Positions 46,901 through 56,901 are shown, counted from the stretch's first letter. The stretch is 64,000 nucleotides of DNA from Mantamonas sphyraenae STR306 (GCA_026936335.1 JAPMXV010000063.1:1-64000); one strand, 5' to 3'. A program made the numbers and translations. The notes: a model not told the origin generated them from the letters alone.

Positions 46901-49900
46901 GGAGAAGGGGAAGGGGTGGTTGCAAGCACGGTACCACAAGGAGGAGTTGTGGGGAGTGAGTCGACGACAGTGAGTCTGGTGGGGTCGTTCGGAAGTGTGA
47001 CCACGGGGGACACGGTGCGTGTGGTGTTGAACGGGACCGGATGGAGCAGTGGGGAGCTTGTGGGCACACGCGTGAGCAGCAGCTCGGTTCGTGTGGAGAG
47101 CCCTGTGTTGGGAGCTGGCGTGGGCAAGGTGAACGCGAGTGTGTATGTGGCTCTGAACGGACAACAGTATGTGAAGGGAACGACACGGCTGCTGTTGTAC
47201 ACACAACCAACAGTGAGCAGTGTGACGCCGGCGGTGATCGCATCGGGGCTGGAACGCCTGGTGCGTGTGGACGGCCACGGGTTTTTGGATCTAGGAGCGA
47301 CGGCAATGTCATTCTCGGGAAGTACAAGCAAAGGGTGCACGTACATTTCGCCAACGCAAGTGGAATGCAGTATTGGGCCGCTGGAGGATGCAACGGGCAG
47401 TGTGTCTGTGGCCCTGAATGGGGTTCAGTTTGTGGCTGGGGAAGGAGCGGTGATGCAGGTGGTTAGCGGGGTGGTGAGTGGAGTGACACCCAGCAGCGGT
47501 CCGGTGAGTGGTGGCACGGAGGTGCATGTGTTCGGAAGTGGGTATGTGAGTGGGAAGGACGAGACTGTGGTACGGTTTGGTGGGGTGGATGTGCGTGGAG
47601 TGACACAGGTGATGAGTGCGAGTGAGATTGTTGTGAGAACACCTGCAAGCGGTCTGATGGTGGGCAGTGTGACCGTGGCAGTGTCGACGAACAATGGGTC
47701 GACGTTCAGTGCGACGTCGACCCTGTTTAAGGTGTATTCTCTGCCGACAGCGTTGCGTGCAACGCCCGCTTGTGCTTACGCGTCGGGTGGTACCACCGTG
47801 CGTCTGAGAGGTTCCTTCGATGACCCGAAAGAAGCCATTCTGCGCGTTGGACTGTCTGGTCCCCGTACAACCTGTTTGCATGCCAACTCCTCCGAGTTGC
47901 TGTGTGAGATGCCTTCAAGTGAATCGGGTCGGTACCCACTGTATGTGTCTCTGAACGGTGGGCAGCAGTTCCAACAGCTTGGCCTGGACCTTTTGTACGT
48001 GAATGAGCCACGGGTGTCAAGTGTGCAGCCGTCAAACAAGCTTGTCGGAGACACCACACGCGTGCAACTCCGCGGGAGTGGTTTTGTGGACACTGGCGCT
48101 ATGCTGGTTCGCATGGGAAGCACGTTTGCGCCCACTATCGTCTCGGACTCGGAGTTGGAGGTTTTGTCCACTGCAGACCACACGGTTGGCCTGTATCGGG
48201 TAGAAGTGTCGTTGGACGATGGCCAGCACTGGAGTGGAAGTGTCAACGCGACGGTGAGCTTCTCTGTGCGTTCTCCTTCGCTGGTGTGTCCGGAGAACGC
48301 AGTTCCAACCTCGCCAGCCAGCACAAGCGTAGATGACTGTGTGTGTCGTGCTCGGTTCTACCTTCCTGCAGGCCAACCTGCAAGTGAGCCATGCCTTCCC
48401 TGTCCTGCCAATGCCGACTGTGCAGGCGGACGAGTCCAACCAGTCCCCCAGCCGGGTTTCTTTGCCACCACAAGTGGCAACGAGGGTGGGTCGCTAGTTT
48501 TCACACGATGTCCAATTCTATCCGCCTGCCTGGGTGGAGGGAACTCCACTTGCCGGGCGGGATACACTGGTCTGTTATGTGGTCAATGCGAGGATGGGTT
48601 CTACAGACTTGGGAAGAGCTGTGAATCATGCCAGGAAGCACAAGTTGGCAATCTCAACGCGCTGCTGCTCATTGTGGCCTTGGTGCTCTTTGTAGGCTGG
48701 GTGCGCTCGTCAGTGCGACGGTCACGTGTGACTGGTTTCGCCAAGACGGGTAGTGTTCTGGTAACACACATGCAGGTGCTGTCCATGTTCTCCGAGTTTC
48801 GCTTGCAGTGGCCCAGTTCCGTGCAGCAAGTGTACAGTGTGTTTGGAGTGAGCAACTTGGAAGTGGGTGTCACCGCGCCAGAGTGCTCGTTGGGCGATAT
48901 GTGGACGTATGAGCTGCAATTTTGGCTGGCCATGGTGCTGCCCGCGTTTCTGGCTGTGGTTCTGGTGTTGCGTGTTGTGCTCCAGTTTGTACACAGCTCT
49001 TGGGTGCGCACACATGGATATGCTTTTTCGACAGCCCACCCGAGGCTCTGTGCGGAGCCAGACAGCGATTCGACAATAGGTTTTGCACTGCAACTTGTGC
49101 GATACAGGTTTGCCGGGCTGTTCACACGCGCTGAAGTGGTGGATCAGGACACGTTCAGGTATTTGATGAACGAGATCATGCTGACTCTGAGCTTTCTGTA
49201 CATCACGCTGTGCAGCCGGGTGCTCTCTGTATTTGACTGCACACACATTGGCGATGGTGTGTATGTCATGGATGCAGTACCGAATGAGCAGTGCTGGGTA
49301 GACGGGGGGCTTCACAGCAGACTCGTCCCTGCAGCATGGGTGTTTGCAGTTGTGTATGTCCTTGGGATCCCGTGCTTGTTTCTGGCGGTGATGTGGAGCG
49401 GACGCGACGTGCGGACTCGCTCACAGAAGTCGTTTGTACAACGCTTCTCGTCGATTTTTGGCAAGTTTACACCAGAGATGTACTGGTTTGAATCGATGGT
49501 TCTGCTCCGCAAAGCGGCCGTGGTGTGTGTGAAAGTGTTTGCGACATCGCTACCGACCATCCAAGCCATGGTGGGCATTCTGGTGCTTGGGGTGGCGGCA
49601 ATGGTACAATATGGCAAGCAGCCGTACCGCACAAGCATGCAAAACCGACTGGAGACCGTGGTTCTGTGCGAGTCTGTTCTGCTTCTTGTGGCCGGGATGC
49701 TATTTGCGACAGGGAGCACACAAACATCAGGTCATGAGTGGTGGGAGGCACTCACTGTGGTGTTGGCGGTGTCCATTCTCGTCATTGGCATTGTTTTCGC
49801 TGCAGTGGACGTGTGGCGAGAGGTGAAAACGCACAAACTTGACCGCATGTACTCAAAGGAGCTTCAGGAAGCGGTGGAAGGCACGTTGCAGCATCTGAAT

Positions 49901-50248
49901 GGGCTGTTGCATGCCGACCACTTGAACGCTGCACGGGAGGCACTGTACGGTCTGTCTGTTGATCAAGTGAACACACTCGGCAAAGAGGTGATGAGGATCC
50001 GTGCAGGGAGCGGAAGCACAAGGCAGGATGTGGTGCGTGCGGTGTTAAAGGTGGTGACACCTGCATGGCAGGGCGCAGTAGCGGCAGATGTAGTGGTTTC
50101 GGACGACGAGGACGACGAGTGGTTGGGTTGGCTCGTCAGAGGTTTGGATGAGCATGAGCACAGTTCGGTAGTCACCCGGGCAAAGAACAGGCAAGGGAAG
50201 AACAGCAGACGTGAGGGGCTGGATGATATGGAACTGAGTGAAATGTGA
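40916..50248 (+). CDS. Giant surface receptor R: signal peptide, divergent propeller-like head, IPT/TIG repeat stalk (module B), Cys-rich region, ~7-TM C-terminal domain; exons 40916-41087 and 41157-50248
   Basis: MKLQPNLFLVLVFAPCVLCA signal; intron GTACGT...GCTGAC...ACAG (69 nt, phase 1) joins in frame to the uninterrupted 3023-codon ORF. Confidence 0.88.
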
Positions 50249-50671
50249 CCGGAAAGAACCCCTAATCCTTTGCAATGCCACCGTTACATGCTTCTCCCTC
50301 CCCTCCGACACCACCGACACACAATGCCGATATCCGATCAACACCGTGAAACTTTTGCCTCCACCGCTGTCGCTCTTCGCCATGTGCGCACCATACAAGC
50401 ACACAAACAACACACACACACACCAACGCTTTCCAATGAAAACAGAAATACGCCATGTATTCGCACCACGCCATCACCGTCTTGGATCCTCATCCCAGCG
50501 TGGCCACGTTGTCCTTTACGGCGCCGTCGAGCTCTTCGTCGGACATGCTTTCGCCAAGGCTCTGGCCACGAGCCACGCTCAAGGCGAAACCAGTGCCACT
50601 GACAAGCATGGTCTGGATCACGGCCTCAAAGGAGCCACCGTTGGTCCAGATGGCCACGGCGAGGAAGAGGA
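42326..50671. repeat. Right arm of the large inverted repeat (partner 31005-39336)
   Basis: Reverse complement of the left arm, including the 3' UTR and the last ~180 bp of the EF-hand membrane gene. Confidence 0.95.
44132..47716 (+). repeat. 837-bp tandem repeat array, 4 full units plus a partial unit, each with module B
   Basis: Shadow ORFs recur at 44530, 45367, 46204 and 47041. Module IASGLERLVRVDGHG...VVSGVV occurs four times. Confidence 0.95.
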
Positions 50672-51110
50672 CTGCAGCACTGCACGCCTGTTGATCCATG
50701 TCACGGCCGAGAAGGGTGAGGCAGAGGGCCATGTCGCCCTGGGAGAGTGGAATGTTGCCCAGAGCGAGCTGAATCTGTCGGACCAGCGTGGCCATTGTGC
50801 CATGGCAGACCACAACACGCGCCTGCAGAGTCATGAGGTCGGGGATGTTGTCAATGGGATGCTCGTTGGCCAAGTTGTGCATGTGGTTCAGCAGTGCCGT
50901 GTGTTTCTTCTTGTTGCTGTGCATGCGCTCGCTCTTGCGTCAATACGTCCAGCCACTGCCCATAACACCATCTGGCAACTTATTCGTCATCTTCACGCCT
51001 GCTTTCTTCCGTGCGCTGTTGTCTCCGTTCTTGGCCCTCCTGGCCCGTTTGCTCGACGTTCCTGTCTCCGTGCCATTGCCGGTCGTGACCCTGCGCCTGC
51101 GCTGCCTCCT
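50490..51110 (-). pseudogene. Chimeric fragment: a piece of the telomere-adjacent gene family fused in frame to a duplicate of the EF-hand membrane protein C-terminus
   Basis: 51110-50672 matches 1650-2075 and 2899-3195, with TGA at 50940-50942 where the paralog has TGG. 50671-50490 matches 31005-31186. Confidence 0.85.
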
Positions 51111-51233
51111 ATACATGCATCCTCGCTCGAGCGATCGGCGAACAAGATCTCCGTGTCCTGCCAACTTCATCCAACAATAGTCTCGAACTCCCCCTCCTTC
51201 AGGTTCCTTTCCCTCAGCATCAGCATCAGAGCA

Positions 51234-52193
51234 TCAGCAGAGTGCAGGCCATTCGTCGTCCAGTTGCATGAGTTCTTCAGCATCTGCCAGCCCCAAGGAC
51301 TCCATGTCTTCGTCACGGGGACTCTGGTCACCGGCATGGATGTCCTCCTGCGTCTGCCATGCTCGATGGGTCTTTTTCAGCACCAGCTCGTCGACGTCCA
51401 CCTGCGTTTCGTCCCCTTCCTGCTCATCCTGCTCATCCTGCTCATCCTCTTCTTCCACAGGCACCTCCTCCACCTCCTCCTCCTCCTCCACGTCGTCCAG
51501 CTCCAGATCGTCGGAATGCTCGTCCTTCCAGCGAGCCAAGGCTGTGTGGAAGCTGTCTCGGAATGCCTCAACCTTGTCCAGTGCCTTCATCAGGCGCTTC
51601 ACAGTGGCCTTGCGGTGGGGACGCACAGCAGCGCCCTTGATCGAATCCGTCTTGAGCAGAGCCTGGGTGAGCTCCTCCTCCAACTGGAACACGTCAGGGG
51701 ACAGCTTGCCCTGTTCCACATGGTATGGACTGCCCACATCCAGCACCGTGTCCATCTTGTTCACCAACGAGTCTACCGTCGAGTTGATCACAACCAGCCG
51801 ACGCCATGCCTCCAGTGGCTTGGTGCGTCGCACCATGTGTCCACGGTACAAAGACTGGATGCGTGTGGCCATTGTGTTGGCCTTGGCCAGCAACTTCTCT
51901 CGTCGTGTGTCCTTGTTCACGGGAATTCGACGGGTCGCACGGCCAGTGGCAGATTCCGTTTCCGGCCGGCGTTGCTCAGCAACCACCCGTTGCCGCTTCA
52001 GAGCCTCCTGACGCTGCAGCGCCTGTTCATATGCTTGTTCACGCAGGTACTTTTCATACAGGGCGCGCTTGTACAGTTCACGCTCACGTTGCTGCCTGTA
52101 CGCCGCTTCACGTCGTCGCTGCTCCGCCAGACGGCGCTGGCGAGCAACCTGCATCTCGTACGGATCGGAAAAGAGTGTGTTGTCCCAGAACAT
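51234..52193 (-). CDS. IQ-motif plus BAG-domain Hsp70 co-chaperone
   Basis: ATRIQSLYRGHMVRR (IQ) followed by EEELTQALLKTDSIKG...VRPHRKATVKRL...LDKVE (BAG helices), then an acidic tail. Same layout as plant BAG5/6/7. Confidence 0.82.
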   Translation of the reverse strand: MFWDNTLFSDPYEMQVARQRRLAEQRRREAAYRQQRERELYKRALYEKYLREQAYEQALQRQEALKRQRVVAEQRRPETESATGRATRRIPVNKDTRREKLLAKANTMATRIQSLYRGHMVRRTKPLEAWRRLVVINSTVDSLVNKMDTVLDVGSPYHVEQGKLSPDVFQLEEELTQALLKTDSIKGAAVRPHRKATVKRLMKALDKVEAFRDSFHTALARWKDEHSDDLELDDVEEEEEVEEVPVEEEDEQDEQDEQEGDETQVDVDELVLKKTHRAWQTQEDIHAGDQSPRDEDMESLGLADAEELMQLDDEWPALC

Positions 52194-52287
52194 GCTTGTC
52201 TTTTCTTGACTTTGCGGGTGAGTGCTTTTCGCAATTGTTGGTCGAACCGGCGCAATCGCAATCATCCTTTTAAAGCTGGCGCTCCTC

Positions 52288-52324
52288 GGAGGATTCCCGA
52301 GAAAAGATGGATCGAGAAGATTCG
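52288..52324. promoter_or_regulatory. Putative heat-shock elements in the BAG/DnaJ bidirectional promoter
   Basis: ATCgaGAAgaTTC at 52311-52323 and GAGgaTTCccGAG at 52289-52301 fit inverted nGAAn arrays with mismatches. Confidence 0.5.
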
Positions 52325-52506
52325 CTGCAACTCTCCAAAGAACCTCACAAACCACCAAACCGACGCCACAGCCTGCCTTGGACACGCCCAGCCATCATGG
52401 AACATCCTTCTCTGCTGGCCCATTCTTTGAAACGGTTGCGCACGGTATTTATGGGCAATTGTCGGTTGCGCGCCGCTCACCAACACAACTTTTTCGCACA
52501 AAAACC

Positions 52507-53798
52507 ATGGGAAAGGACTTGTACAAGATCCTCGGTGTGAGCAAGTAAGTCACACTCCAGTGTGTGCGTGTGTGTGCATGCTCCTGTCCCCTTCCCTTTG
52601 CACACATCTGCCTTCCCCACCTAGTTGCTCACACGCGCACAAAACCCGTTTCGCACTCAGGAATGCCGACGAAAAGGAGCTGAAGAAGGCATACAGGAAG
52701 CTGGCCATGAAATGGCACCCGGACAAGAATTCCAAGAACAAGGAAGAGGCCGAGAAGAAGTTTAAGGACATTGGCGAGGCCTATGAAGTGCTCACCGACG
52801 AGAAAAAGGTACGGACGGAAAGTGGCGCATCGTCATCATCACGGAAAAACCAACACATTGCCACACACGGTCACTCACACACTTATTCGCAATCCCACAC
52901 CCCGACATACACACACACCCAACAGCGCCAAATCTACGACAAGTACGGCTACGACGCCCTGTACAACAACGGAGGCGGCGGCGGCGGCGGCGGTGGCGGC
53001 GGAGGCTTCTCAGGCGGAAACTTCGGCGGCAATGGCGGCACGTTCAGCTTCAGCAGCAACGGCGGAGGATTCAGCAACGACGACGCAGAACGCATTTTCC
53101 AACAGTTCTTTGGCGGCATGGGTGGCATGGGTGGCATGGGTGGCATGGGTGGTGGAGGCTTCAGCTTTGGGGGCATGGACGGAGGCGACCCGTTTGGTGG
53201 CTTTGCCTCGTCGTCCTCGTCGTCGTCGCAGCGACAGCGTCCACGCAAGGGCAAGCCTGTGACCCACAACCTGGCCATGTCCTTGGAGGACCTGTACGCA
53301 GGTACGACCAAGAAGATGAAGATCACCAAGAAGATCGTCGACGGCGAGAGCGGACAGAGCACACGCGTGGAGAAGATTCTGGAGATCAACGTCAAGCCTG
53401 GATGGAAGAAGGGCACAAAGATCACCTTTCAACGTGAGGGTGACGAGTATCCTGGCGTCGAGCCCTCGGATATCATCTTTGTCATTGACGAGAAGAAGCA
53501 TCGCTTCTTCAAGCGCGAAGGCAACGACCTCGTGTGCACCGTGCGCATCTCCCTGCTCGATGCCCTTACAGGCTCCACCGTCAAGGTGCCCACCCTGGAC
53601 GGACGCACCCTCTCGGTCGAACTCGACCAAGTGGTGTCGCCAGACCAAACAAAGGTCATCAAGGGCGAAGGTATGCCCATCAGCAAGAGCAACGGCCAGC
53701 GCTTTGGCGATCTCATCATCAACTTTAAGATCACCTTTCCCAAGAAGCAGGTGCAGGACCGCGACGCTCTCAAGCAGCTGCTCGGCGACGCAAACTAA
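52507..53798 (+). CDS. DNAJB: Class B (type II) Hsp40/DnaJ, DNAJB1/4/5-Sis1-like; exons 52507-52544, 52661-52808 and 52926-53798
   Basis: [18 protein letters not shown]-domain, G/F-rich linker, no zinc finger, [13 protein letters not shown]-domain. Two GT-AG introns. Confidence 0.95.
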
Positions 53799-53920
53799 TG
53801 ACTCCCAACCAACCCTAAACTATGACATGTCTGCGCTCATGGGGACCACAGACGCACCCAACAAAACAAACAACCAACGCTTTTCCTCCACCGCCTCCTC
53901 CATCCACCATCTCTCCATCC

Positions 53921-55382
53921 ATGTCGCTTGAACAAGGGGCAATCGTCGACACAAGCACCACAGCCCACCCAGACCCCAAAGAGCCTTGGGCAGAGGTACG
54001 ACATCATCGTTGCAAACAAACAAAGGCTGTCCCACAGCATCTCACACAATCCCCTCCAGCTTGTGGCTACCTCCTCCACACACACAGATATACAATTGGT
54101 CAACACGACCATCCTCCTCGATGGCACTGGCGTCGTGGACAATGACAAGTACGCACGAATTCCCTCCCCCGGGCCCTTCCTTCCCTGCTCCTTCCGTCTG
54201 ACACCCCGTCACACCACACACAGCAACGCATTGTGTCGTGTCATCCGCTCCACTTCCGAAGGTGGTTTGACACACGTGTTTGCAGATCCTGTGGCAGGGA
54301 AGGGTGTGTCCGTGAATGATCGTGCCCTTTCCACACGCCAGCTGCTGCACCATGGTGACCAGCTGGCCATGGCCACGTCGTCAACCTCATCCACGACCAC
54401 GGGAGGCACGGCCCAGTGGGTGCTGCACCTCAACGATGTGGCTTCAGAGGACGAGGACGACACCGACGGGGATGAACTGCTGTGGTGTCCTCGCTGCAAC
54501 GAGGGCTCCCTGCTGGAGGACATGGTACACACCCAGTGTGCTCATCACTACTGTCGCGAATGCTGGGCAGAGTATGTGATGGAACTGGTGCAGGCAGGGC
54601 ACAGCAAAGTTGTACAGTGTCCACACCCACAGTGTGACCTGTGTGTGCATCGCACCCTCCTCGAAACCATCCTGGATGATTCCACTCTTCAGGCGTACGC
54701 CGACAGTGTGCTGGAGCTGCCTGTGTCTGATCTGGTGTTGCCCTTGGACGACAACAGCGTGATGGCACACGCACGCACGCTGTACTACCACTACAACGTC
54801 CTCCACGACAACGACTACGGATGGGGATGTGCCTACCGCTGCCTGCAGATGATCCTGAGTGTGCTGACCCCGCAGCAGGTGCCCAGCATTCTCGAGCTGC
54901 AACAACACATGGCCACCCAGGGCATCCTGGCTGCCTCGGACGTGGGAAGCAGCACTTGGATTGAGCCCTCCCACGCCACAAAGTATCTGAACACCCATGG
55001 CATGCAGGCAGAGTACCAGGAGCACCAAGCAGCAGCCAAGGACACCCGTTCAGCCCTTCAATCGGCCATTGAACAACACCTGCGCACAGAGGGCACTCCC
55101 ATCATGATTGACGATGCCATCAAAGCCTATGCCCTTGTTGGATTCCATCCTGCCGATGACACACACGACCAACCCCACCTACTTCGCTTCGACCCCCACT
55201 ACACAGGGTCCCTGGACACCACACACCTCACCACCTCCCTCCAAGACATCCTCTGGCATCCTGACATCTCTCAACCCTGGTACATTGAGTGTGGTGTCCA
55301 ATGGCTCTCCTGGGACGACGTCTTCTACGGCGCCCCTTCCAAGACCTGGATGTTCTGCTTCCCGCGCTCTACCCCGCCATAA
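53921..55382 (+). CDS. FHA-like plus RBR-type RING plus UFM1-specific peptidase (C78/UFSP) fusion; probable exons 53921-53995, 54060-54148 and 54224-55382
   Basis: DNDYGWGCAYRCLQMILS (catalytic Cys), SSTWIE and FDPHYTG (Asp/His) are UFSP motifs. RING is CPRC...CAHHYCREC...CPHPQC. PWAELV and GVSVND...LHHGDQL are FHA-like. Confidence 0.8.
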
Positions 55383-55815
55383 ACCGCCTTGCCATCCTCT
55401 GCACATCGTTCAGTGACATCTCTTGCACCATTTGCACGTGTGCCTCTTCCACTCCCTTGCGCACTGCCCTGCGACTCCTTCCCTTTACCCCCTGCGATTC
55501 CAGCCACCCCTCCAACTCCTTCCAGAACAGTGTCTCGTCGTCCTCCACATCCCTCAGTGTTGCCAATGCATCCATTCCCCATGTTTGTCCTGTGCCCTTG
55601 TCCCCCTCTTCCAGTGTGCCATCTGTGCTGCTCCCATGGTGGCTGCTGCTGCTGCTGCTGCTTTCCTCTTCCGTCTCCGCCCTCCCAACCTTGACCCCAC
55701 TCTCTTCTGACCCTTGGTCCTGTGGCAATGCAAACACAGGCGGGTGTCCCACAAACGATGCATCGCGCACCTTTGTGTACTTGGCCAGCTCAGCCTCAAA
55801 GGTCTCCCTGTCCAT
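55369..55815 (-). CDS. Small uncharacterised protein (148 aa)
   Basis: Protein-like ORF MDRETFEAELAKYTKVRD...FWKELEGWL...EMSLNDVQRMARRF filling the gap between two plus-strand genes, with G-ending codons like neighbouring minus-strand genes. Confidence 0.6.
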   Translation of the reverse strand: MDRETFEAELAKYTKVRDASFVGHPPVFALPQDQGSEESGVKVGRAETEEESSSSSSSHHGSSTDGTLEEGDKGTGQTWGMDALATLRDVEDDETLFWKELEGWLESQGVKGRSRRAVRKGVEEAHVQMVQEMSLNDVQRMARRFMAG

Positions 55816-55869
55816 GCGTGCTGAGTTGCGCTGCCTCCACATGCGCATCCACACCCAACAACAGCATCC

Positions 55870-56901
55870 ATGCCCCGTGTGCTCCTCTGTGGTGGCACTT
55901 CCATGGTGGCCCAATCCATTGTGGAACAACTCAGTGAGGCCTCATGGAGCACAGAAGACCCCTTGGACCTCACCCTCACCTACTTTGCCAACGCCCAGAC
56001 CGCCGAGGTGCGCGCCAGCAGCGTTGCCCAAGGCCACGCCGTCTCTATGGACATCACTGACGCCGACAGCGTAGCCAAGGTGGTGGCCAAGGCACAGCCT
56101 CAGGTGGTGATCAACTGTGTGGTCGTCCAAGCGGGTCTTTGCGAGCAAAAGCCAGACCTGGCCCAGGCCGTCAATTGTGACGGGGTGGCCACCCTGCTGG
56201 CCCAGCTCCCACCCAACACCCACTTTATCAACCTGTCCACCGACCTTGTGTTGGATGGCGAACACGCTCCTTATGACGAAGACGCAGAGTGTGCCCCTGT
56301 CACTGTGTACGGTGCCACCAAACGAGCCGCCGAACTGCTGGTCAGCGACAGCGCCAGCAGCGACGAACGTGTGTCATCCAATGCCATGACTGTGTCCCTA
56401 CGCTGTGCCCTGGTTGTGGGCACCGGTGGCTATGCCAAATGGGTCCACACACACCTTGTAAATTGGCTGCAAGCGGGAGACGACACCCAACCACAGCCCA
56501 TCTCCTTGTTTGCAGACGAATACCGCACCCCTGCCTACTCACGTGACATTGCACGCACTGTCCTCCGTCTCATCCAATCCCCCTTGCACCCATCCATCTC
56601 TCTTCTCAACTGCTCTGGCCCCGAGCGCATCAACCGCGTCGACTTTGCTCGTTTGATGCTGGCGGCCATCCGTCCCGACGACGACGACGACACACGCGAC
56701 GCCCTTCTGGCCGACGCCGTCACCGAAACCAAACTGGCCGACTTTAGCACAGGCTACCCTCGTCCCAGGGATGTGTCCTTGGACACAACTCTGTTGCAGA
56801 GCCTGGATCTGGGCTTCACCACGACTCCTCTCGCACAGGCTTGCCAGGAACTCCACGCCCAGTGGCAATCTTCCTCCTCCTCCTCCTCCTCCTCCTCATG
56901 A
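55870..56901 (+). CDS. RmlD-like extended SDR (dTDP-4-dehydrorhamnose reductase / MAT2B family)
   Basis: VLLCGGTSMVA, DIT, VINC, LSTDLVLDG, PYDED, YGATK (YxxxK), DEYRTP and RPRDVSLD motifs. Confidence 0.88.
   Translation: MPRVLLCGGTSMVAQSIVEQLSEASWSTEDPLDLTLTYFANAQTAEVRASSVAQGHAVSMDITDADSVAKVVAKAQPQVVINCVVVQAGLCEQKPDLAQAVNCDGVATLLAQLPPNTHFINLSTDLVLDGEHAPYDEDAECAPVTVYGATKRAAELLVSDSASSDERVSSNAMTVSLRCALVVGTGGYAKWVHTHLVNWLQAGDDTQPQPISLFADEYRTPAYSRDIARTVLRLIQSPLHPSISLLNCSGPERINRVDFARLMLAAIRPDDDDDTRDALLADAVTETKLADFSTGYPRPRDVSLDTTLLQSLDLGFTTTPLAQACQELHAQWQSSSSSSSSSS

Noticed and set aside
31005-50671. Palindrome as a pure fold-back read or assembly artefact
   Set aside because: The arms differ by distinct modules, SNPs and a 15-bp indel, and the centre holds two coherent unique gene starts. 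An exact artefactual mirror would not show this, though read-level confirmation is still needed.
3769-50942. Alternative genetic code (TAG or TGA reassigned), suggested by in-frame stops at 3769, 11550 and 50940
   Set aside because: Conserved genes end at the expected place with TGA (TCTEX1D2, eIF2-beta) and TAA (DnaJ, COG7), and RPA43 ends in TAG. The 11550 TGA lies in an intron branch site, and the other two stops are in decaying paralogs.
11558-53820. Internal telomere-like words (11559 CCCTAACCC, 50259 CCCCTAATCC, 53811 AACCCTAAA)
   Set aside because: Under two units each, and expected by chance on a C/A-rich strand.
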